This document shows, in pieces, positions 36,379 through 46,439 of a stretch of DNA of 64,000 bases. Below the pieces are notes generated by a model that saw nothing but the letters and a program-made list of their open reading frames with translations, made no database searches and was not told the DNA's origin. The DNA comes from Candidatus Vogelbacteria bacterium RIFOXYD1_FULL_46_19 (lineage in GTDB: Bacteria > Patescibacteriota > Minisyncoccia > Phycocordibacterales > XYD1-FULL-46-19). The number at the start of each line of letters is the position of its first letter. Position 1 is the stretch's first letter. The translations under genes were made by a program, and so were the position numbers. The stretch lies in assembly GCA_001824825.1 (NCBI GenBank), contig MHTK01000006.1, positions 127,842-191,841 of the forward strand, in the 5' to 3' direction.

Positions 36379-38292
36379 TTACTTTAACCCGACAAGTATT
36401 TCTTTAAGCGAAGCGGTAGCCACCCCAACCACTCGGTCAGCCCCGCCATAGTACAAATACAGTTTGTCTCCCCGAATAATCGAGCCACAAGGAAAGACCA
36501 CATTGGGTACTTCCCCTTCCTTTTCGTATGGCATTAGTGGTTCAAACAAAGGAGCAGCCGAGCGGGCTAAGATTTCAGTCGGATCATCTTTATCCAAGAG
36601 AGCGGCGCCTACTCGATAAGTATCCTGTTCATCAATACCGTGGTAAAACATCAGCCACCCAGCTTTCAGGAGATGGGGCGTACCCGCCAGTCCCACTCTT
36701 TTGCCATCCCACATCCCGCGGCGAGGTTCCAAAATTTCAAACGAGGTATCAACTTCACTCGGTGTAAAAAGTAGATCATCCACATAGTCACCGGTAATAT
36801 GATGATTAACTCGGTGAATTACCAAGTACCCGCGGGAGAACTTCTTAGGTAGTAAAATTCCGTCCTTATCGTCCGTACTTTTTGGTGTAATAATAACCGG
36901 CTCCGACCAAATAAAGCGTCGAGCGGCCAAATCTTTTTTACTAATATGAGAGATGGCGATGCGCGGACTATCAAACCCATTATAAGCCGTATAGCACATA
37001 AATATTTTCTGACCAATTAAAACCAGCCGAGGGTCTTCACAGCCATAAGGATTCTGACTGCCCGCCGGCTTAGACTCAAAATCGGCTCGGGGCCCGTACA
37101 CCGGCTGATCATGACGATAAGAAATATTCACCCCGTCCAAACTTTCAGCGTAACCAATGACCGAGGCCCGGCTATCATTTTGAGCGCGGTATAAAATTCT
37201 GACCGTTCCCTCCAGATCAAGAGCGGTTGGATTAAAAACATTCTTATTTTCCCAGCTACTTTTGGCGATGGGCGTCAAAATCGGATTACCAGACCATCGC
37301 TCAAATACTTTGGTTCGCTTCGACTCGCTCAACTCTTTTAGTAAACCATCAAGGGGCAAACTGGCCACACAGGTGGTGGTGTCAGCCGCCCCATAAAAAA
37401 TCTCCAATTGGTTTTTTTTAACCACCGCGCCGGTCGGAAAAGATACGTCCGAGACAAAACCAAACTTGGCGTAAACCTGGTCTGGAATAATGACCGGCCA
37501 ACGAGTACGACCGATAATTTGCCGTGGGTCCTTAAGGTCCAGCAAGGCGGCCTCGACCCCAAACACCCGCGCCGCTCCGGTATAATAGTTTTGAATATGA
37601 GAATAGATCACCAACCAGCCGTCTTTGGTTTTTACCGGAGGTGCTCCCACCTCCGTCAAATCGGCCTCACTACGGCGTAAAACCAACTCATGCTGTTCGA
37701 GTTCGTCATACCATTTCGCCCAACGGTCGTGATCCCACAAGTCCTCGATTTTATCAAAACTAGCCAAACCAATGCGGGCCGGTGGCGCATCCGTATTTAC
37801 CGTGACTAGGGCGTAATACTTTCCATTTATCTTTTCCGGCCACAACGCCATCGCTTTAGCATTAAAGGGTGTCACCAAATGCCTTTCCTCTATTGTTTTT
37901 AAATCTCGAGTCACCGCCACAGCCACCTTAATACTATCGGGCCCCAAATTGGCCGATGAGAGAGCGGTGTAAAAAATCAAATATCGTCCATCAATTTCCA
38001 CTATCCGCGGATCTTCACAACCATATTTTTCCCACTCCGCTTCCGGTCGAATGAGCGGCTGACGATCCGTAAAATCATACTTACCATTATTAGACGCTTT
38101 AGCGACACCAATTATCGACTGGTACAAATTGGGCGCCATTATTATGTCGGGATTAGAGATGGCCCGGTAGACCATAAAGAGTTCCTGTCCCCTCGCGATC
38201 GGGCAGCCGTTGCAGGCAGAAACATTTTCCCACTTGTGATTCTTTAGCGGGTGCAAAATCGGATTATGGTCGTTTTGTTTAACATTAAACAT
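36379..38292 (-). CDS. Tandem two-domain GH130-family glycoside phosphorylase-like protein (DUF377)
   Basis: Two copies of the GH130 hallmark G-C-E-D-P-R (YGCEDPRIVEIDGRYLIFYTA and YGCEDPRLVLIGQKIFMCYTAY). No signal peptide. Confidence 0.6.
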   Translation of the reverse strand: MFNVKQNDHNPILHPLKNHKWENVSACNGCPIARGQELFMVYRAISNPDIIMAPNLYQSIIGVAKASNNGKYDFTDRQPLIRPEAEWEKYGCEDPRIVEIDGRYLIFYTALSSANLGPDSIKVAVAVTRDLKTIEERHLVTPFNAKAMALWPEKINGKYYALVTVNTDAPPARIGLASFDKIEDLWDHDRWAKWYDELEQHELVLRRSEADLTEVGAPPVKTKDGWLVIYSHIQNYYTGAARVFGVEAALLDLKDPRQIIGRTRWPVIIPDQVYAKFGFVSDVSFPTGAVVKKNQLEIFYGAADTTTCVASLPLDGLLKELSESKRTKVFERWSGNPILTPIAKSSWENKNVFNPTALDLEGTVRILYRAQNDSRASVIGYAESLDGVNISYRHDQPVYGPRADFESKPAGSQNPYGCEDPRLVLIGQKIFMCYTAYNGFDSPRIAISHISKKDLAARRFIWSEPVIITPKSTDDKDGILLPKKFSRGYLVIHRVNHHITGDYVDDLLFTPSEVDTSFEILEPRRGMWDGKRVGLAGTPHLLKAGWLMFYHGIDEQDTYRVGAALLDKDDPTEILARSAAPLFEPLMPYEKEGEVPNVVFPCGSIIRGDKLYLYYGGADRVVGVATASLKEILVGLK

Positions 38293-38295
38293 AAT

Positions 38296-39468
38296 TTATT
38301 TATAAGCTAGTCGATTGATTTTTAATGGGGGCAAGTGTTCGTCAGATCGCAAGGAATTCATAAACTGCTCAAATGGCGCCGAGGCTGCACACACATATTT
38401 ATCCCCCCCACCGTAGTAGATAAATAAGGTTCCATCTTTGACCACCGCCCCACAAGGATAGACAACGCCGGGTTTCCAATCGTTTTCATACCATAAATCA
38501 GGCGAGAGCAGTGGCTCGCGCGAGCGGTACAAAACTCGCTCTGGTTGATTTAGATCAAGCAACATAGCCCCTAGGTGATACTGACCATCATTCTGATCAT
38601 CCACCCCGTGCGTGATGACTAGCCAGCCATACTTGGTCTTAAGTGGCACTGAACCAAAACTAATTTTTCGACTATCCCAACCAGATACTTGCGGGGCAAT
38701 GGCAAATTCCCCGGCCGGCCATTTATCCTCATCAAAACGCAAGTGATCCAAGTAATCAATTAGAATGTTCGGAAACACCCGCTGAAAAAAAACATAGCGA
38801 CCATTAATTTTTCCCGGAAAAAGACCACCGCTTTTGGCAATCACCCCGGGCTTGGTACACAAAACCGGTTTGGTCCACCGCCATTTTCGATTCAAAAAAT
38901 CTTCAACAGCTATTGAGCTTAAGGCAATACGCACCGACTCCCAACCACCGAAAGCCACATAGGTTAGAAAAAGCCTGTCCCCAATTTGGCAAATTTTTGG
39001 ATCTTCACAGCCGGCCCAGCCGCCACCGGAAGTATAAGTAGCCGGAGCAAAAGTCTTCGGCCCGGCGAGACTAGTACTTTCAAAACTCTCGCGAGGCCAG
39101 TAAACGGGATACGGCAACCGTTCTTCAAAATTCAAGCCATCACTGCTACAGGCGTAACCAATCGTCGACATACCATCACTACCGACAGCCCGGTATAACA
39201 AATGAACTTTACCGTCCAAGCAAATAGCGGCCGGATTTAGCACCCCTTGGGCTTCCCAACCGTAGCCGGTTGGCTCTAATAGTGGGTTAAGATTGGACCG
39301 CGTCACATAAGGTTCGACCCGCCCTGAAGCCGAACGGGCCTTTTTAAAAACCTTGAGTTTACCCGGCCTAAACCAGCTGTAAAAAAAATTTCTGATCCTT
39401 TTTAACAAAGCTCGTATCATTAATTTTTTTAAATAACAAGTAAAGACTGAGGTAGATACCGCCATCAA
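38296..39468 (-). CDS. GH130-family glycoside phosphorylase-like protein (single domain)
   Basis: GCEDPKICQIGDRLFLTYVAFGG. The true start is likely an internal Met. Confidence 0.6.
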   Translation of the reverse strand: MMAVSTSVFTCYLKKLMIRALLKRIRNFFYSWFRPGKLKVFKKARSASGRVEPYVTRSNLNPLLEPTGYGWEAQGVLNPAAICLDGKVHLLYRAVGSDGMSTIGYACSSDGLNFEERLPYPVYWPRESFESTSLAGPKTFAPATYTSGGGWAGCEDPKICQIGDRLFLTYVAFGGWESVRIALSSIAVEDFLNRKWRWTKPVLCTKPGVIAKSGGLFPGKINGRYVFFQRVFPNILIDYLDHLRFDEDKWPAGEFAIAPQVSGWDSRKISFGSVPLKTKYGWLVITHGVDDQNDGQYHLGAMLLDLNQPERVLYRSREPLLSPDLWYENDWKPGVVYPCGAVVKDGTLFIYYGGGDKYVCAASAPFEQFMNSLRSDEHLPPLKINRLAYK

Positions 39469-39836
39469 TCAAGGCGGCCATAATCGTCGGCAAAACGCTC
39501 GATATCGGACTCATCAAAGTCTCCAGTGGCCACCTCTATAATCACCAACTCCTCCTTTGAACTTGTGTTAGTCAAGCGATGTTTGATCCCGACTGGCACA
39601 AACACCGATTGCCCCTCTTTTAAAATCACCTCTCTCCCATCTACTTCCGCTAAACCTCTCCCAGCCACCCTAACCCAATTTTCTGCTCTTTTTTGATGTG
39701 ATTGCAGAGACAAGCGCGCCCCGGGATTGACGGTGATTTTTTTTATCACCACCTGAGTCCCGTCTGAGCTTATAAAAGAACCGAGCACAACAAAATTGCC
39801 CCAAGGTCGAACATCTTTTTCCATTTCTTTTTCCAT
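39465..39836 (-). CDS. Cupin-fold mannose-6-phosphate isomerase-like protein
   Basis: WGNFVVLG...VNPGARLSLQSHQKRAENWVRVAGRG...VPVGIKHRL is the type II PMI C-terminal cupin pattern. Confidence 0.55.
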   Translation of the reverse strand: MEKEMEKDVRPWGNFVVLGSFISSDGTQVVIKKITVNPGARLSLQSHQKRAENWVRVAGRGLAEVDGREVILKEGQSVFVPVGIKHRLTNTSSKEELVIIEVATGDFDESDIERFADDYGRLD

Positions 39837-39917
39837 TTCTTTATTGTAACGTTATTCTAGCTCAGCCTCAATCTAAACTTTTAAATAACCAAATTTAATA
39901 GCAAATAAGCACTCAGA

Positions 39918-40667
39918 TTATTTCGTTGGCTCAATATTAGCAATGAATTTTTTTATCAATTCGGCCGTCATGGCGGGATCGGTTACTGGATAACATTTAA
40001 CCCCGGCCTCGTAAGCTGAATAATCATTGCCCCCGGGAAACATCGCGTCCCCCACAAACACTGCCTCAGCTGGCTCGAGCCCTAGCCTCTCCAGTATTTT
40101 TTTTATACCAAAAGCTTTATTAAATCCTTTTTTAGAAATATCAATCGAAGTCATACCGCCAATACCAATTTCAAATTCCGGCAGTAATTCGAGCAATCGA
40201 GCTCTCATTTTTTTTCTTATTTCTCGGTCACTGTCATAATCACTTTTAAGATCAAGGGGGGCCGCTTGACCCAGGGCTGAATAGGTCATTTGACTGCCGC
40301 GGTCTTCGATCGCTTCCCCAAACAGCTCCCCAGCCGGCTCAACTATAACTTCGGCTAGAGCCGCTTTGATTTTGGTTTTATCCTCTGCCGTTAAATTATT
40401 ATTGTAAACATTCTGCCAGCCTTCATTATATTCATATAGAGAGCTACCACTGGCTGGCAGTAAATAAAGATTTTGGCGGAGTTCATCATTTAGCTCCAAC
40501 CGAGGAACAAACTGCGTCAAATATTGATCAATACCAGCCCCGGAGATGACCGCTACCTTGGCTACAGCCAGTAATCTGGCTACTAATTTGACCATCCCCA
40601 GCTCAATCACACTTTTACTCGGCGCCAAAGTGCCGTCTAAATCAAAAATGTGGAGTTTTATCATCAC
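39918..40667 (-). CDS. Eukaryotic-type phosphomannomutase (HAD superfamily, PMM/Sec53 family)
   Basis: HAD motif I FDLDGTL. C-terminal FVGDAMFPGGNDYSAYE matches PMM FFGDKTMPGGNDHEIF. Confidence 0.65.
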   Translation of the reverse strand: MMIKLHIFDLDGTLAPSKSVIELGMVKLVARLLAVAKVAVISGAGIDQYLTQFVPRLELNDELRQNLYLLPASGSSLYEYNEGWQNVYNNNLTAEDKTKIKAALAEVIVEPAGELFGEAIEDRGSQMTYSALGQAAPLDLKSDYDSDREIRKKMRARLLELLPEFEIGIGGMTSIDISKKGFNKAFGIKKILERLGLEPAEAVFVGDAMFPGGNDYSAYEAGVKCYPVTDPAMTAELIKKFIANIEPTK

Positions 40668-40831
40668 CCTATCATAACAAATTCAAACCCAACCGGCATT
40701 CCCATATTTTCTCTTAGTCCCACTTTGGCACTTGAGTCAACTTGATTATATAATAGATGAAATAGTTACCATCTTGGCGGCTTTGCCCCTTCTAGTCTTT
40801 TTTACTCTGATTATCGCTGACCGCCGGTAGT

Positions 40832-40978
40832 ATGATTGCCCCTCACAATGTGATTACCGCTTTAACCGTAGCAGAACTCGCTAGCGGTGACAGTAAAGTC
40901 ATTAAGGCTAATCCGCCACCGCTTTTAATTTATTTAGTTCTACTTAGTCTGGTCGGATTACTCATCTCTGCTATATAA
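40832..40978 (+). CDS. Possible 48-aa small membrane peptide in intergenic region
   Basis: Manual translation MIAPHNVITALTVAELASGDSKVIKANPPPLLIYLVLLSLVGLLISAI. No recognisable RBS. Weak. Confidence 0.15.
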   Translation: MIAPHNVITALTVAELASGDSKVIKANPPPLLIYLVLLSLVGLLISAI

Positions 40979-41014
40979 TGAGTCGGACGGCAATATTATG
41001 TTAAAATTTACTTT

Positions 41015-42016
41015 ATGAATATTACTTGCGTTGAAGTTCGAGAGGAAGAGAAAATTTTTTTTGAACAGGAATTACCTACCGCCAAGCTACTGGCTGAAAA
41101 ATTAGACAGCTCTATGTTGTCTACTATTAGAGACACGGAGATTTTATGCGTGTTCGTCGACTCACTGGTCACCAAAGAAGTGATTGATGCCTTACCCCAC
41201 TTACAGTTGATTACTACCCGTTCCACTGGCCTCGACCACGTCGATACCGCTTACGCGACCAGTAAGGGTATAACGGTCACCAATGTCCCCGGCTACGGTA
41301 AACGCTCGGTGGCGGAATTTGCTCTAGCTTTGCTTTTAACTTTATCGCGCAAGATTTTCGACGCCTATCACCAAGTCCGCTTCAATGGCGACTACAGCTT
41401 CAAACATCTGCGTGGCTTTGACCTTGGTGGTAAAACTCTCGGCATTATAGGTACCGGCCAAATTGGTCGCCACTTGGCTCAGATTGCTAGAGGTCTCGAG
41501 ATGACAGTCCTAGCTTACGATGTCCAGCCTGATCCAGCCATTGCCACATCTTTAGGCTTTACTTATGTCGATTTTGATACACTCCTCTCAGGAGCCGACA
41601 TCATTTCCCTCCACGTCCCCCTTCTGCCCGCCACTCGACATTTATTAAATCGGGACACTTTAGCCAAAACCAAACCCGGAGTTTACATCATCAACACCGC
41701 CCGCGGTGAATTGATTGATACCACCGCCTTAATTGAAGCTTTAAACAGCGGCCAAGTGGCGGGGGCCGGCCTAGATGTGCTCGAAGGTGAAAGTGAATTA
41801 AAAGATGAAGTTGAATTAATCTCTGGTGGCCAGCAAATGGCCGATGTCCAAGTAATGCTAGAAAATCACATCCTCACCGATATGCCCCAGGTCGTGGTGA
41901 CACCCCACATTGCTTTCTATTCTAAAGAGGCCGAACGCGAAATCGTCCAAACCAGTATCAGTAATATTAAGTCCTTTATGAAGGCTACCCCCACTAATAA
42001 AGCACAGGCTCTATGA
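41015..42016 (+). CDS. D-isomer-specific 2-hydroxyacid dehydrogenase (glycerate/hydroxypyruvate/D-lactate dehydrogenase family)
   Basis: NAD-binding GIIGTGQIGRHLA. Catalytic R...E...H pattern in the C-terminal half. Confidence 0.85.
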   Translation: MNITCVEVREEEKIFFEQELPTAKLLAEKLDSSMLSTIRDTEILCVFVDSLVTKEVIDALPHLQLITTRSTGLDHVDTAYATSKGITVTNVPGYGKRSVAEFALALLLTLSRKIFDAYHQVRFNGDYSFKHLRGFDLGGKTLGIIGTGQIGRHLAQIARGLEMTVLAYDVQPDPAIATSLGFTYVDFDTLLSGADIISLHVPLLPATRHLLNRDTLAKTKPGVYIINTARGELIDTTALIEALNSGQVAGAGLDVLEGESELKDEVELISGGQQMADVQVMLENHILTDMPQVVVTPHIAFYSKEAEREIVQTSISNIKSFMKATPTNKAQAL

Positions 42017-43287
42017 GTACCTCCATCATCAACCGCCACAACTTAGCCACCACCCCCTTGCGCGAGCAAGCCCTCAGTATTATCGAAGCAGGTCTTGAAG
42101 CTATTGATACCACCCGAGCTATTAATAGATCTATCAGTCTCGACTCAGACAATAATTTAATCGTGGCCGGCCAGACTTTTTCTCTGGCCAACAAAAAGCG
42201 TATTCAGGTTATCGGTTTTGGCAAAGCCTCTTGCTTGGCCGCTATGGCCTTGGAAAAAATTTTGGGTTCAAGCTTGCACTCCGGTGTCGTGATTGACGTA
42301 AAAAAAACGTCTTGTGAGCTCATTTACGCTTTTGAGGGCTCTCACCCCAAACCCACCATCGCCAATGTTAACGCTTCAGCTAAAATTGTGGAACTGGCCC
42401 AGTCGGTCGGTCCGGATGATTTGGTGATTGTCATTGTGTCCGGTGGTGGCTCGGCTCTTTTATGCTGGCCCTTATCCGAGTATGAGCAAAATATTATTCT
42501 CTACGAAAAGTTCCTTCAAGCTGGGGGCACCATCCAAGAACTAAACCTAGTGCGCAAACACTTATCCGGCTTAAAAGGCGGCGGTCTGGCCGCTATGTTG
42601 CATCCGGCCACGGTTATTGGTTTGGTTTTTTCCGATGTGCCCGGTGGACATATTTCCGATATTGCTTCTGGTCCCACCTTTTACGATGAGTCCACTGTGG
42701 ATGAGGCTAAGGCAATTTTACACAAGTACAATATTACCGATGAATTCACTTTGATCGAAACCCCAAAAGATCAGACTCTTTTCCAAGGCGTTCACAATTT
42801 TTCTCTAGTCACTAATGAACTAGCCTTAAAGGCAATGACCGATCGAGCTAAAGCTTTAGGCTTTACCGCCACCATTATTTCCCCCAAAATGTATGATTTT
42901 GCCGCCCCAACTCTGGAAACTTTTTGGCAAACCACGCCCCCTGGTGGGGCCTCGGTCGGTGGTGGTGAAATTCGGCTAGTGGTCTCTAAAAGTGGTGGCT
43001 CGGGCGGTCGCAACCTTTACCTGGCCAATGAAGCCTTGAGTCGCATTAAAGATGAAGATGAGCTATTTGTTTCTTTCGCTTCCGACGGTATCGACAACTG
43101 CCCAGCAGCCGGTGCCCTAGTAGACCATAAGACCCTAGCTGCTGCCCAAGCTTTAAACTTAGACGTAGCCGACTACCTTAGCCGTTTCGATAGCCAGGCC
43201 TTATTTGAGCAAACTGGCGACCTCATCATGACCGGGCCGACTGGCTCCAACGTGGCCGACTTGATGATGTATCTGCGAACGCAGTAA
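42013..43287 (+). CDS. Glycerate kinase (MOFRL family, glycerate 2-kinase type)
   Basis: IVSGGGSALL, LSGLKGGGLA, a DUF4147+MOFRL-like pattern. Start overlaps the upstream stop (ATGA). Confidence 0.7.
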   Translation: MSTSIINRHNLATTPLREQALSIIEAGLEAIDTTRAINRSISLDSDNNLIVAGQTFSLANKKRIQVIGFGKASCLAAMALEKILGSSLHSGVVIDVKKTSCELIYAFEGSHPKPTIANVNASAKIVELAQSVGPDDLVIVIVSGGGSALLCWPLSEYEQNIILYEKFLQAGGTIQELNLVRKHLSGLKGGGLAAMLHPATVIGLVFSDVPGGHISDIASGPTFYDESTVDEAKAILHKYNITDEFTLIETPKDQTLFQGVHNFSLVTNELALKAMTDRAKALGFTATIISPKMYDFAAPTLETFWQTTPPGGASVGGGEIRLVVSKSGGSGGRNLYLANEALSRIKDEDELFVSFASDGIDNCPAAGALVDHKTLAAAQALNLDVADYLSRFDSQALFEQTGDLIMTGPTGSNVADLMMYLRTQ

Positions 43288-43309
43288 TTACCAATCTCTT
43301 TTTTAAAAT

Positions 43310-44113
43310 ATGAAAAAAATCTCCAGTGCTCAAATTGTGGCCACTCTCGGACCGGCTTCCAGTGACCCTGTACTTTTAGCGAGAATGATCGACTCCGGTC
43401 TCGACGCAGTCCGCCTTAATTTTTCTTGGGGTACTTTAGACGAACACGCGGCTTACATTGAAGCTGTCCGCCAGCTGGCTCCCACGCTACCAATTATTGG
43501 TGATTTACCAGGTCCTCGAGTCCAACAGGGAGATGGTCATTCTTTTGATAACAACCAGCCGGTATTAACGGCTCGTGACCGGGACTTCATTACTTTTGCC
43601 GCCGAGCAGGGTCTAGACTACTTGGCCCTTTCTTTTATTACTAACGCCGGCGATATGGCCCAGGCTAAAGAATTGATCAGAGCGGCCGGCAGTCAGGCGC
43701 GCGTCATTGCTAAAATTGAACGAGCTGAGGCTTTATTAAACTTACCAGAAATTATAGCCGTCTCGGATGCAGTAATGGTGGCTCGAGGCGACTTAGGCGA
43801 TAATATTCCGGTCGAGACCTTGCCGTTTGTGACAGTGGAAATAATTGAGGCTACTCGAGCCGCCGGCAAACCCGTCATCACGGCGACGGAAATGCTATCA
43901 TCAATGGTTAACTCCCCACGGCCAACCCGGGCCGAAGTGACCGATATTGCTTACGCTATTACCAATGGCTCGGACGCCTTGATGCTTTCGGAAGAAACGG
44001 CTACCGGTCATTACCCTTTAGAAGCAATCACTATGATGGAAAAAATTATCATTGAAGCCGAGCACCGTAGCGCCGGTAAGCACGAAGCGGTCAACCGACT
44101 CACTCGGGTCTAA
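43310..44113 (+). CDS. Pyruvate-kinase-like TIM-barrel-only protein (lacks lid B domain and C-terminal domain; catalytic Lys substituted)
   Basis: Collinear with the A-domain of host pyk (IVATLGPAS, VRLNFSWG, MVARGDLG, GKPVITATEMLSSM). The approximately 100-aa B domain is replaced by 20 aa. No C domain. DLPGPK to DLPGPR and LQKMII to VTVEII. Confidence 0.7.
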   Translation: MKKISSAQIVATLGPASSDPVLLARMIDSGLDAVRLNFSWGTLDEHAAYIEAVRQLAPTLPIIGDLPGPRVQQGDGHSFDNNQPVLTARDRDFITFAAEQGLDYLALSFITNAGDMAQAKELIRAAGSQARVIAKIERAEALLNLPEIIAVSDAVMVARGDLGDNIPVETLPFVTVEIIEATRAAGKPVITATEMLSSMVNSPRPTRAEVTDIAYAITNGSDALMLSEETATGHYPLEAITMMEKIIIEAEHRSAGKHEAVNRLTRV

Positions 44114-44148
44114 CAACTATATTCCTTTACTGGCTTACGCTTTTTAGA

Positions 44149-45429
44149 TTAGAAACCCAGTTCACTCCGACTAGCGAAGGCCCCCTCTGACCCCAGCTCT
44201 TCTTCAATTCTAAGGAGTTGATTGTATTTAGCAGTGCGTTCGCCCCGGCACACTGAGCCGGTTTTAATTTGCCCACAGGCGAGACCCACCGCGAGATCCG
44301 CAATGGTCGTATCCTCAGTTTCGCCTGAGCGATGAGACATAATAGTTCGCCAGCCGGCGGCCTGAGCTGCTTTCACCACGGCCATCGTTTCAGTTAGGGT
44401 GCCGATTTGATTGGGTTTAATTAAAATCGCATTAGCGGTCTGACCTTCTATGGCTTTAGTCAAACGCTCCAAATTGGTGACCAATAAGTCGTCACCTACT
44501 ATTTGTATTTTTGACCCGAGCACCTTAGTCATCTGTCCGAAATTATCCCAATCATCTTCCGCTAAACCATCCTCAATTGAAACTATAGGGTACTTATTGA
44601 TCCAGGTTTGATACAACTCCATCATTTCAGACGCCTCAAGCGACCTGCCTTCCGATTTAAGTAGGTACTGCCCGTCTTGATAAAACTCGGTCGCTGCCAC
44701 GTCGAGAGCGAGCCCTACCTCCTCACCCGGCTTAAAACCAGCCTGACTGATTGCCTCCATTAAAAGCTCTAGCGCTACCTCATTGGTAGGTAAAATCGGA
44801 GCAAAACCACCTTCATCCCCCACGGTTGTATTAAGCCCCCGACCTTTTAGTATGTCTTTTAACGCTTGAAAAACCTCTACCCCCACCCGGAGAGCTTCCT
44901 GGTAGGTCGGCGCCCTCAGTGGCATAATCATAAACTCCTGTAAGTCGGTTGAATTACTAGCGTGCTGGCCCCCGTTTAAAATATTAATCATTGGTCGAGG
45001 CAAAAGTAGTTTAGTGGTCCCGGCCAGTTCTCCCACGTAGCGATACAGTGGCCAATTAGTCGCCGCGGCAGCCGCTTTGGCAAAGGACAAGGACACCGCC
45101 AAAATAGCGTTAGCCCCTAAGTGGCTTTTATCCGCTGTCCCGTCAAGTTCTATCAGTTTTTTATCTAAACTCTCCACCATCCAAGTCTCACCCACTAGCG
45201 CGGGCGCTATCACCTCATTAATATTTTCCACCACCTGCTTCACTCCCCGGCCCCGGTAACGCTCGCCACCATCTCTAAGCTCTACCGCTTCATGACTACC
45301 AGTGGACGCCCCCGACGGCACCGCTGCCCGCCCCCGACTTCCACCCTCCAGTGTCACATCTACCTCCACCGTCGGCTGGCCGCGCGAGTCCAAAATTTCC
45401 CGACCCTTGATTGAAATTATTTTAAACAA
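44149..45429 (-). CDS. eno: Enolase
   Basis: Full-length enolase with [33 protein letters not shown]. Confidence 0.95.
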   Translation of the reverse strand: MFKIISIKGREILDSRGQPTVEVDVTLEGGSRGRAAVPSGASTGSHEAVELRDGGERYRGRGVKQVVENINEVIAPALVGETWMVESLDKKLIELDGTADKSHLGANAILAVSLSFAKAAAAATNWPLYRYVGELAGTTKLLLPRPMINILNGGQHASNSTDLQEFMIMPLRAPTYQEALRVGVEVFQALKDILKGRGLNTTVGDEGGFAPILPTNEVALELLMEAISQAGFKPGEEVGLALDVAATEFYQDGQYLLKSEGRSLEASEMMELYQTWINKYPIVSIEDGLAEDDWDNFGQMTKVLGSKIQIVGDDLLVTNLERLTKAIEGQTANAILIKPNQIGTLTETMAVVKAAQAAGWRTIMSHRSGETEDTTIADLAVGLACGQIKTGSVCRGERTAKYNQLLRIEEELGSEGAFASRSELGF

Positions 45430-45598
45430 AATAGATTCACGAGTTACTTTTAATTAACTCACTCTATCACTTAAGCTATCATCCGAGCAAGATTTTTTAA
45501 CATCTTACCCTAAATTAAGTAAAAATCCCCACACCCAATGACGGATGTGGGGAAGCGCGTGTGTGGGTGGACCATTGGTAGGCCCGCCACCAAACTAT

Positions 45599-45624
45599 TG
45601 TACATAAAATCATATTTATGTACA
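45599..45624. promoter_or_regulatory. Perfect 10-bp inverted repeat (TGTACATAAA-N6-TTTATGTACA), operator-like
   Basis: Seen directly. Lies at the left edge of the cassette region. Confidence 0.3.
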
Positions 45625-45832
45625 AGTTTTTAAAGAAGTAAGTTAGATAAAAAGCCAACCAGTCGCGACATCGAGAGGGAATTATTTTTGGAACGAACGA
45701 GCTTATTCATGAGGAGCTACTCGTCTCACGAAACTGTCATACAGGACACAATACCAAGTGGGGTGACTCTGAATATTTGAATAATGCCCCCTCGAGCTGA
45801 CCCTTTGTCCTTTTTCACTCCTTGATATAGAG

Positions 45833-46072
45833 TTAACGAAGTTTGTCCTCCGCCCGCCGAACCAGTTCCGCTAGGGGGACTTGGAGAACATTAGAAAACA
45901 CCATCAACGTTGTGAGAGACCCACACCCCGCCACTTCGTTATTGCTGACAGAGGCTTGGGTCAATCTGCATAATTGGGCCAATTGAACTTGGGTTAGGTT
46001 TTGAGCCTGACGTTCACTTCGAATTACCCGCCCCAAAGCCCTCTTAAGTTCTTTACCCTTTAACTTTTTCAT
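45833..46072 (-). CDS. XRE-family helix-turn-helix transcriptional regulator (79 aa)
   Basis: LTQVQLAQLCRLTQASVSNNE HTH pattern. Confidence 0.6.
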   Translation of the reverse strand: MKKLKGKELKRALGRVIRSERQAQNLTQVQLAQLCRLTQASVSNNEVAGCGSLTTLMVFSNVLQVPLAELVRRAEDKLR

Positions 46073-46229
46073 CCCAACCCTTCCTTTCCGCTCGATTTTT
46101 CTAATTATATTTATATCACATCTAGACTAATTTTCTAGCAACCAAGCTCCCTTCTCATTTTAAGTTAGAGGTATAAAAAAGGAGCCTGCCTATAGCAAGC
46201 TCCAAAAACCCTAGAGTATGTTTAACGTC

Positions 46230-46298
46230 TACACTCCAAAGACTAAAGAACTCCCCTTACAGCAGTGGCTAACCCGAGGACACATAAAACGCTTCATG
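46230..46298 (-). CDS. Possible 22-aa Cys-rich micro-ORF (MKRFMCPRVSHCCKGSSLVFGV) with strong RBS and terminator
   Basis: Manual translation. gagaaaggaggtgaga precedes the ATG. ggagc-ttgctataggcag-gctcc plus tttttt follows. Confidence 0.2.
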
Positions 46299-46439
46299 CT
46301 CTCACCTCCTTTCTCTTTTTATTATATCATAGCTGTCAAGACTGATAGGAATGATGCTTCTTAAAAGTTTAGGGAACTATATTATTAGGTAAAACAAAAA
46401 ACGCCCGCCAACGAAAATCGTTGGAGGGCGGTGATTTGT

